The notes beneath the pieces are model-generated. The model was not told the DNA's origin and made no database searches. It saw only the letters and a program-made list of their open reading frames with translations. Positions 39,564 through 46,013 of a stretch of DNA of 46,013 bases are shown piece by piece (position 1 is the stretch's first letter; the number at the start of each line of letters is the position of its first letter). This DNA comes from Candidatus Jorgensenbacteria bacterium CG03_land_8_20_14_0_80_38_39 (GTDB taxonomy: Bacteria > Patescibacteriota > Minisyncoccia > UBA6257 > GWB1-50-10). The DNA is taken from positions 1 through 46,013 of the forward strand of contig PEUU01000025.1 of the NCBI GenBank assembly GCA_002781185.1, in the 5' to 3' direction. A program made the position numbers and the translations under genes.

Positions 39564-41335
39564 TTTTGTTGTTCTTCCATGCCTTGTTCTTCTAAACCTT
39601 TGGCGGCTAAAATTTGTTCGGGATTAGTGGTAATAATCTGGTCCTCGGTATAAGAAGGAATGATTTTGATGGCCGCTCTTTTTAAACCGGCAAAAAATAA
39701 ACCTTCGCCAATGCCAGCTTCCAGAAGAAGAGCTTTTTCACCTTCGGTTAAATCAAAAGTTTTAGCCACAATATCAATATTGGCCGGCGCTTGCTTAAGC
39801 AATAATTGAATGGTGGAATTGGTGATAATCGGTCGGCCGTATTCGGAAGTTAAGAAATCGTTGACGTCTTGGGTAATGGTTGTTACCCCCAAATAATATT
39901 TTCGGCAGCGTTTAACCAGACCAAAGAGGAAAGCGGCGCTGTCTTTATATTTCATCATCCACCAAGCTTCATCAATTATCAAAATCCGGCGTTTTAGTTT
40001 TGAGCGAATGAGATTCCAAATGAAGTTTAAAATAACATACATTGCAATCGGTCTGAGTTCGCTTTCCAAATCCCGAATGGAAAAAACTATCAAGCGATTT
40101 TTAATGTCAACATTGGTTGGTTGATTGGTAAAACCGGCATAAGAGCCGTGAGTGAATTTATCCAAGCGTTGGGCTAAGGAACGGCCGCCCTCGGTATTTT
40201 GAAGAACAGTTTGAAAATCTTCAAAAAGCGGCGGTTGAAGTTCGGTTGAGCCGAAATTTTCCGGCGTGATATCGCGGGAAGCATAAACGTCGTTAAGAGC
40301 CCGGTCTAAAAGCGCATCTTCTTCGGGCGTGATTTCTCCAAGCATTAATTCAATTAAGCCGGTTAAGTTTAAAATGTGGGATTTAAAAACATCGGCCGGC
40401 TCTTCATTTTCGGGAATAATGGGAATGTCAAAGGGATTAACGTGTTTTTCCGAAGTGAGGGAAATTTTAAACACTGAACCGCCAACCGCGTCCGCCAAAG
40501 TTTGATATTCATTTTCCGGGTCAATAACAATAACATCGGTTCCAATCATCATTGAACGGATAATTTCTAATTTGGTGGCATAAGATTTACCGCTGCCGGC
40601 CTTGGCGAAAACAACCGAGTTCGCGTTCTCCAAAGAAAAGCGGTCAAAAATAATCAAACTGTTATTATGAAGATTTAAACCGTAAAGAACTCCTTTGTCC
40701 GAACTTAATTCCGGCGAAACAAAGGGAAATAATGATGAAGCTGGCAAAGTATTAAGGGGAGTGTAAATGCCTAATTTGTCTTGACCAAAAGGGAAAACTG
40801 AATTTAAACCTTCAATTTGGCGGAAAAGAGCCGCTTTAAGATAAACCAATTTACTTTCCAACCGAGAAGTTAAGGTGTTTTCTAATTTTGATAATTCTTC
40901 TAAAGTGGTGCCGTAAATAGTGATATAAACTCCGACCTCAAACATTTTTTCTCGGGCTTGCTGAAGCGCGTCTCTAAGATTTTCTATGTCTTCGTGGGCG
41001 GTTTCCAGAAGCGGGTCGCGCACCATTCCTTTTTCTCCTTTTTCTCCCATTTCCGCTTCAATTTCCGCCACTCGTTTTCTTAAGCTTTTAAGGGCTAAAG
41101 CCACATCCAAAGGATGCATAAAAATACTAATATCCATCATTTCGGTCAGCTCAATAATTGAAGAAAACCAGCCGCTTGAAAGGTAGCGGGGATAAGTGAA
41201 GATAAAAAAGGATTTAGCGAAATAATCGCCCAATTTCAAATAGTTGGATTCTATTTTTAAACCGGCCGGCGCTATTACTTGAACCGTGTCAGCCGCCGAA
41301 GGCTTATAAGCTTGAGGCAATTTTATTTTAACCAT
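39560..41335 (-). CDS. VirB4/TraC-like T4SS ATPase (C-terminal part of a split VirB4)
   Basis: 591 aa. Walker A FAKAGSGKSYATK, Walker B RILIIDEAWWMM. The upstream segment LKLGDYFAKSFFIFTYPRYLSSGW is typical of the VirB4 middle region. Confidence 0.8.
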   Translation of the reverse strand: MVKIKLPQAYKPSAADTVQVIAPAGLKIESNYLKLGDYFAKSFFIFTYPRYLSSGWFSSIIELTEMMDISIFMHPLDVALALKSLRKRVAEIEAEMGEKGEKGMVRDPLLETAHEDIENLRDALQQAREKMFEVGVYITIYGTTLEELSKLENTLTSRLESKLVYLKAALFRQIEGLNSVFPFGQDKLGIYTPLNTLPASSLFPFVSPELSSDKGVLYGLNLHNNSLIIFDRFSLENANSVVFAKAGSGKSYATKLEIIRSMMIGTDVIVIDPENEYQTLADAVGGSVFKISLTSEKHVNPFDIPIIPENEEPADVFKSHILNLTGLIELMLGEITPEEDALLDRALNDVYASRDITPENFGSTELQPPLFEDFQTVLQNTEGGRSLAQRLDKFTHGSYAGFTNQPTNVDIKNRLIVFSIRDLESELRPIAMYVILNFIWNLIRSKLKRRILIIDEAWWMMKYKDSAAFLFGLVKRCRKYYLGVTTITQDVNDFLTSEYGRPIITNSTIQLLLKQAPANIDIVAKTFDLTEGEKALLLEAGIGEGLFFAGLKRAAIKIIPSYTEDQIITTNPEQILAAKGLEEQGMEEQQK

Positions 41336-41347
41336 TATTTTTTTTGT

Positions 41348-42031
41348 TTATTCTTTGTTTTTTTCAGACCTTTCAGGCAGGGATATTTTTCTTTCGGTTA
41401 ATTGGGGATTATATAAATTATAAAATAATTCGATTAATTCTTCATCGTTTAAAATAGCGGCTTTTAATCCTATTTGGTTCAAGGCGCTTAAAACCTGGTC
41501 GGTTCTTTCGCTTAATTGCTGAAGAGACTGAGAAGAAGTCAATTCAGTGTTCGGTTGGGAAGTTTTTTTCTTTTTAATAAATTGGAAAAGACCGGAGAGT
41601 CCCCCGCCGCCGAAACCGCCAGCTGCTTGAATATTTATGGGACTGGCATCATAAGTGACAACAACGAAGAATTTTTTGGTAATAATGGCGTTTTGTTCCA
41701 CAAAAGTTCTAATAAAATTAACGTACTCGTCAAGCTGGATTTTTAAAAGTTCGTTAGGTTCTTTTTCTTTAAACTCGGCCATCTTTTGAAGATAGTTTTC
41801 AATGTTAATTTTCCGGGAATGAATGAAAAATTGAATTGGAAAATCAAGCATGTTCAAAAAATTTTGGAAACCGCTGGTTATTAGATTTTGCTCGGTTTCG
41901 GATTTTAAATCAAAGTTGATTCCGCTCGTAATTAAAATTTGGCGCAAACCGCCGCCTTTTAAATAAACAACGCTGTCGCGGATTTCTTTAACTTCTACAA
42001 ATTGTTGAGTTGAAGGTTGAGAGCTATTCAT
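41348..42031 (-). CDS. VirB4 N-terminal-domain-like protein (first part of a split VirB4)
   Basis: 227 aa. FVEVKEIRDSVVYLKGGGLRQILITSGINFDLKSETEQNLITSGFQNFLNMLDFPIQFFIHS resembles the N-terminal region of Gram-positive VirB4 homologues (from memory of the family pattern). The stop lies 12 nt before the ATPase ATG. Confidence 0.5.
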   Translation of the reverse strand: MNSSQPSTQQFVEVKEIRDSVVYLKGGGLRQILITSGINFDLKSETEQNLITSGFQNFLNMLDFPIQFFIHSRKINIENYLQKMAEFKEKEPNELLKIQLDEYVNFIRTFVEQNAIITKKFFVVVTYDASPINIQAAGGFGGGGLSGLFQFIKKKKTSQPNTELTSSQSLQQLSERTDQVLSALNQIGLKAAILNDEELIELFYNLYNPQLTERKISLPERSEKNKE

Positions 42032-42117
42032 TGATTATATTTTGAGAGTGTTGATAAGACTTCGGCTGACATGCTCGGGATGAAACTATTGAATAGTTAT
42101 TCAATAGTTTTACTTTA

Positions 42118-42597
42118 TCAATAATTGACTTTTTTGACAATTTTCTTTTCGCCGGTTTTTTCCCGAATTAAACCGTAGCGAGATGGCGTTTTTTGAACCG
42201 GAGGATGTTTCGGGGCGGTCATAATTCTTTGAGCCGCGGCTTTTAGTTTTTCTTGAAAACTCAATTGTTTCCGGTTTTTTTCTAAAAAGTCTTCGGGGAT
42301 TTCTAAGGTGGTTTGAGGAATTTCTCTTCCCCAAAGATAAATTTTCGGCCGCCAAAAATACTTAATGGCCGAGATTAAAATAAGAGGAAAACTTTGGCCG
42401 TTAATTTTTAAAAAAGCAAAAGCCAAAGCCAGAACTCCGACAATTAAAGTGATAATGAACCAAACAAAAAAATTAAAAATAGAAAAAGCCAAGAAGCTGA
42501 TGCCGGCGGCCGCGCCGATGTAAAAAAATTGGACCAAAGTTAAAGGGCCGACGATTTTCGGTTTGGTTTCAATAAATTGAGGAACTTGGAATTCCAT
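42118..42597 (-). CDS. PrgI-family (VirB3-like) small membrane protein
   Basis: 159 aa. N-terminus FQVPQFIETKPKIVGPLTLVQFFYIG followed by two TM helices, matching the PrgI-family signature and its position upstream of VirB4. Confidence 0.55.
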   Translation of the reverse strand: MEFQVPQFIETKPKIVGPLTLVQFFYIGAAAGISFLAFSIFNFFVWFIITLIVGVLALAFAFLKINGQSFPLILISAIKYFWRPKIYLWGREIPQTTLEIPEDFLEKNRKQLSFQEKLKAAAQRIMTAPKHPPVQKTPSRYGLIREKTGEKKIVKKVNY

Positions 42598-42600
42598 TTT

Positions 42601-43719
42601 TTAGCGTAGGTCAATAATGTTGCCCTCTACTTTGACCTGATTTTGGGAGTCTTTGGAGTTTTTAGAAGAAGGTTTTGGGTTTAAGGTTGGAAAAACCGGC
42701 GGGCTTTCGGTTTTTGGAGCTTCGGTTTTTGGAACTTCGGGTTTTGGAACCGCGGGTTTTGTTTCGGCTAGTTTTTCTAAAGGAATTTTAAAAGCTTCCA
42801 AAACAGGTTCTTTTTCAAGAATTGGTTTTGGAGAAACAATAACATCTTCTTTTTTTTCAAAAGGTTTTTCAAAAGGTTTTTCAAAAGGGTTGAGAGGGGT
42901 TCTAAATTCGCTGTAATGAACTATTCTTTTTGGCGGCGTTTCAATTTTTGATTTAAGGGTCTCAAGTTTGGTTAAAATTGTTTCCGGGGAACTTACTTCC
43001 GCTTTGACGGTCTCAGACAACGGTTTGGGGAAGACCTTTTTAAATAATTGAAAAGGCAGAGAGAAAGTTTTAAGAAAAGGCTTGGATTTTTTCTCAATGG
43101 GTTTGGCAACCTGTTCCAGAGGTCGCTCTTGTTGGAGAATAAAAGGCGCGGGTTTGGTTTTTAACCTTTCAGTCAAGGGAACTACTGGTATTGTTACCGG
43201 TTTAACCAAAGGTTTTTCCGCTTTGGAAATTTTGACTTCCGCGGCCGGTTTTTCTTCAGCGCTTACTTTAATTTGTTTTAAGGGTAGAGTTTCTTCTTTT
43301 TTCTCAATAATTTCTTCCAGAGAAATCGTTTCTTCCTTAGGGAGAATCCCAAATTGTTTTTCAAATTCTTCATCTTCTTTTTGAATTTCTTCCAAAGTTT
43401 TAGCGTCCGAGACATCAAATTCATTTAAATTAATTCCCCAGCTTTCCAAATCATGGCGCTTTGGCTCCAAGATTTTTTCTTTAATTTCTCGGCTAATGGC
43501 TTTGGCGCGAAATTGACTCGCCGGAATTTCTTTGGCTAGAGCGGAAATAAAATCTTTGATTAATAATTCTTTTGTTTCCAGTTGAAACAGCAATTCGGGA
43601 ATGGCGTCAATATTATAAAATCCGCTTCTTTTATTAATGTCAGCGATAAAAGCAATTACCCGGGGAGAACTGAAATATTCACGGATTCTTTCGGGAATAT
43701 TTTGAATATCAATAGCCAT
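42601..43719 (-). CDS. P/E/K-rich repeat protein with a structured N-terminal domain
   Basis: 372 aa with no TM. The tandem FEKPFEKPFEK is encoded by 3 x 12 nt (42854..42889). PKPEVPKTEAPKTE is encoded by ~15-nt repeats (about 42706..42765). Confidence 0.5.
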   Translation of the reverse strand: MAIDIQNIPERIREYFSSPRVIAFIADINKRSGFYNIDAIPELLFQLETKELLIKDFISALAKEIPASQFRAKAISREIKEKILEPKRHDLESWGINLNEFDVSDAKTLEEIQKEDEEFEKQFGILPKEETISLEEIIEKKEETLPLKQIKVSAEEKPAAEVKISKAEKPLVKPVTIPVVPLTERLKTKPAPFILQQERPLEQVAKPIEKKSKPFLKTFSLPFQLFKKVFPKPLSETVKAEVSSPETILTKLETLKSKIETPPKRIVHYSEFRTPLNPFEKPFEKPFEKKEDVIVSPKPILEKEPVLEAFKIPLEKLAETKPAVPKPEVPKTEAPKTESPPVFPTLNPKPSSKNSKDSQNQVKVEGNIIDLR

Positions 43720-43724
43720 TTTAA

Positions 43725-45740
43725 TTAAGGAGTGTAAGAAATAGTGTTTCGCCAGTGCGGCCTTTGGGAAGCGGATTCATAATTAGACCAGGCCCTATTT
43801 TTATCCGGCTCGGATTTTATGGCGTCCAGCTTGGACTTTAAGCTTTTGTCAGTAGTTTGTTTTTGCTTAATAAGATTTGCGAGCTTCGCTTGAGCGGCTT
43901 GCTTGGCTGCGCCAGCGGGAGCTGCTTGGGCTAATGAGTTTTGGTCGGCGATATCTTGTTTTAATGTGTCTATAGTTTTTTGGTATTTTTTAATGTCCTC
44001 AATTTCCATAAATCCTTTGTTTAGATCATTATCGCCCAGGGTTGTAATCCAGGCAGCAGCAACAGCATCTTTCTTTTCTTTAGGAGCAAAATCTAATTGG
44101 CTAATATGATTTAGGGAAAGATTATTAGCGATTTCCGGCTTTCCCAAACTTTCCTTGTTGAGGTCAGAAACATCTGGAACCCTTTTCATTACTTGTCCAA
44201 TGTCTTTATTGAAAGCTTGGGCATATTGCGGCTGATGTTTTAAGAACTCGTCGCCGCTGTTGGTTTGTTTTAAGGCCTTCAGGATTCTGTCTTGTGTTGA
44301 TTTCTTCAATTTGTCCCAGGCGCCTTTTTTCTCTGCTATAGCCAAACCCAAGCCGCTTAATTCTTGAGGTCTAGCTGTTGGCATTTGGCGATCAGCAGTC
44401 GCCACCAAATCTTCGGAAGTTCGGGACTTGGCTTTTTTGTATTCCTCTTCCGTTCCTTTGGCGAGTTTTTCTTTAGCTCGGCTAGAAACGCCGGAAATAC
44501 CAGTGAAAGCCCGACCAACAACAGGAATTGTTCTTAATTCCTTGCCAAATATTTTTTTGCCTCCGGCTCTTTCTAGAGCAGTTTTACCTTCTTCATCAGT
44601 TCTGGCGGTTAAAAGCCTGTCGCGACCACTGGCTGCTTTTCTGCCGGCCCAGGCCTTGGTCTTACTGCCCATTGCTTTACCTTGGGTTCCCGCCCATTTA
44701 ACAGTCGTGTCGGCAAAACCTATGCCCATACTTTGAGCCGCGATTAAACCTCCGACTAAAATTGCCAAAATTAAAAACATTTGAGCGCCTTGAGTAAAAA
44801 TAGTTTCCAAAGGTCCGGCAAGGCCCAAATACATATCTGATTGTATAATCGTAATGGGATGGTCTTTTAAAACTTGAGCGCTTCTGACAGCTAAATAAAC
44901 GAAAAAAGAGGCCGCCGGCGCAAAAAATACCCATTTGATAAAACTATTCCACCATTTTTTTGTTTGTTCGCTCCATTGGGGCACAATCCAAAAAAGCCAG
45001 GTAATAGGCGAAATAACTAAAAGAAAAGAAAGCTCAAAAAATCTAATGAAAAACAAAATAGCCAGAATAAAAAGAACTATTGCTCCGACGACAGTAAAAA
45101 GAAAAGTAAATAATATGCTGGCGATGCCAATGAAAAAAGCCTCACCAACATTTTCAAAATCAGGCGGCGGTGATGGCGTCGTCGGGTTAGTTGAAGCCAT
45201 TAAAAGTTTTTGAATATCAAAAGCTCCGGCTAAAGTGACGGCTAAATTTTTGGGGCTGATACTGGCGGCGTTGAGGAAAAATTGGGTGAAGACATTGGCA
45301 AAATCAATAAAAACTTTGCCAATAAGCAAGCTGAAATTAACCAAAACCGCGGCGACAATTAATTTTGACAAAAGGTCTTTGGCTCCGTATTTTTGAATTC
45401 TTAAAATTGTGGCAAAAGCAATAATAATAATGACTAAAACAAAACCTAAGTTCGCAATATCCCTAACAATGCCCCAGCCAATGCTTACCACGGGATTAGC
45501 CGAACTGACAATGTGGAGATTTATATCAAAGGCTATATTGACAAACATACTAGCCAAACTAAAAAGCAGTCCGCCTATCCAGCCAATGACAGAATTAACA
45601 ACGGTAAAGAAAAGGTTTAAAGCATTGAATAAAATTTTTGTTTCACCAAACAGTGCTCCTGCTGGCAGAGGAATAGCAACAAAAATAAAAATTAAAAAAA
45701 CAGCGGCAAGCCAAAAGTTTTTAAAAAAATTCTTTTTCAT
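43725..45740 (-). CDS. VirB6/TrbL-like polytopic membrane protein with a long hydrophilic C-terminal domain
   Basis: A signal/TM segment plus about 6-7 TM helices over the first ~340 aa, then ~330 hydrophilic residues. First gene of the operon. The start is taken at ATG 45740 (MKKNFFKNFW), not the track's TTG at 45764. Confidence 0.45.
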   Translation of the reverse strand: MKKNFFKNFWLAAVFLIFIFVAIPLPAGALFGETKILFNALNLFFTVVNSVIGWIGGLLFSLASMFVNIAFDINLHIVSSANPVVSIGWGIVRDIANLGFVLVIIIIAFATILRIQKYGAKDLLSKLIVAAVLVNFSLLIGKVFIDFANVFTQFFLNAASISPKNLAVTLAGAFDIQKLLMASTNPTTPSPPPDFENVGEAFFIGIASILFTFLFTVVGAIVLFILAILFFIRFFELSFLLVISPITWLFWIVPQWSEQTKKWWNSFIKWVFFAPAASFFVYLAVRSAQVLKDHPITIIQSDMYLGLAGPLETIFTQGAQMFLILAILVGGLIAAQSMGIGFADTTVKWAGTQGKAMGSKTKAWAGRKAASGRDRLLTARTDEEGKTALERAGGKKIFGKELRTIPVVGRAFTGISGVSSRAKEKLAKGTEEEYKKAKSRTSEDLVATADRQMPTARPQELSGLGLAIAEKKGAWDKLKKSTQDRILKALKQTNSGDEFLKHQPQYAQAFNKDIGQVMKRVPDVSDLNKESLGKPEIANNLSLNHISQLDFAPKEKKDAVAAAWITTLGDNDLNKGFMEIEDIKKYQKTIDTLKQDIADQNSLAQAAPAGAAKQAAQAKLANLIKQKQTTDKSLKSKLDAIKSEPDKNRAWSNYESASQRPHWRNTISYTP

Positions 45741-45804
45741 AATTTGGCAGTTAAATCTTGGCAATTTCGTAACAAGAAAATCTCGCCTTTTAAAAGTTTA
45801 ATTT

Positions 45805-46013
45805 TTAGGGAGGACATTTTGGCAATTGACTTATAGTTTTGTTAATTTGGTCTAGCAAATCTTGAGAAGTACTTTTAAAAGAAACCGAGTTGTTATAATG
45901 CTGCTCTATGGCGGAGGAAAGGATGACTAAATCTCTCGCGTTAGTGATGGTATTTAATTTATTTCGGTCGTCAGTGAGATTTGTTTGAGTTAAAGCCAGA
46001 CTGGCAAAAACTT
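45805..46013 (-). CDS. Partial CDS (C-terminal fragment, continues beyond the window)
   Basis: The minus-strand frame is open from the window edge to TAA (45805..45807): ...LTQTNLTDDRNKLNTITNARDLVILSSAIEQHYNNSVSFKSTSQDLLDQINKTISQLPKCPP. Function unknown. Confidence 0.4.
   Translation of the reverse strand, partial: VFASLALTQTNLTDDRNKLNTITNARDLVILSSAIEQHYNNSVSFKSTSQDLLDQINKTISQLPKCPP

Noticed and set aside
2571-45764. N-terminal extensions proposed by the ORF track: 2588, 13290, 15087, 17686, 25361 and 45764
   Set aside because: Each extension uses a TTG, GTG or upstream codon that adds non-conserved residues before a canonical family N-terminus (MREIS, MKLTFCGG, MLINKNDL, MPITKSAKKA, MKKTLGLVF, MKKNFFKNF), or overlaps another feature. 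Internal ATG starts are preferred.
38647-45801. Plus-strand ORFs inside the T4SS-like operon: 38647..38853, 39027..39239, 40986..41186, 41516..41746, 42653..42916, 43082..43384, 43903..44109, 44428..44736, 44935..45213 and 45409..45801
   Set aside because: All are antisense to longer, tightly coupled minus-strand genes. Their translations are low-complexity mirror images (for example, the G/F/S-rich reverse of the P/E/K repeats).
1-46013. Alternative genetic code (UGA recoding, as in some CPR lineages)
   Set aside because: Conserved genes (dnaA, polA, rtcB, ruvB and others) are uninterrupted under the standard code. TGA terminates rpmH at the expected length. The single in-frame TAG at 36828 is isolated, and TAG also ends the ORF at 13645..13647.

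Overview
The window is AT-rich and gene-dense, with tiny spacers and many 4-nt stop/start overlaps. It looks like a reduced bacterial genome of the Patescibacteria/CPR type; that assignment is inferred from gene content and style, not from a search. The genetic code is standard. TGA terminates rpmH, and no conserved gene carries an in-frame TGA.

The window spans the replication-origin neighbourhood, with rpmH-rnpA diverging from dnaA-dnaN. DnaA-box-like 9-mers sit in the dnaA-dnaN spacer. Other recognisable content:
- Translation genes: infC-rpmI-rplT, rpsT, tRNA-Arg(CCG), tsaE.
- A dense set of DNA repair and recombination genes: PolX, Ogt-like, Nudix, EndoQ-like, Fpg, PolA, and dispersed ruvA, ruvB and ruvC.
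- An RNA-repair module: a beta-CASP nuclease, RtcB and archease.
- Envelope genes: PBP1A, MurE-like, YidC-Jag and a PilB/GspE ATPase.

Signals most worth a second look:
1. An eight-gene, translationally coupled, type IV secretion-like operon on the minus strand (37.1-45.8 kb). It has a VirB6-like polytopic protein, a PrgI/VirB3-like protein, a VirB4 split into two ORFs, and a VirB2/TrbC-like pilin. No relaxase, coupling protein or outer components were recognised in the window.
2. A GC-rich gene for a lipoprotein made of low-complexity sequence (W/Y/G-rich, then R/S/P-rich). It sits between a consensus promoter and a strong terminator, with TAGATA motifs on both sides.
3. A GC-rich palindromic DNA element of about 55-65 nt inserted in-frame in two unrelated genes (PolX and the MurE-like ligase).
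4. Two genes from families usually found in 23S rRNA intervening sequences, each bracketed by inverted repeats outside any rRNA. One of them carries an in-frame TAG.

All calls come from reading the sequence and the ORF track and from remembered family motifs. No searches or computations were run.
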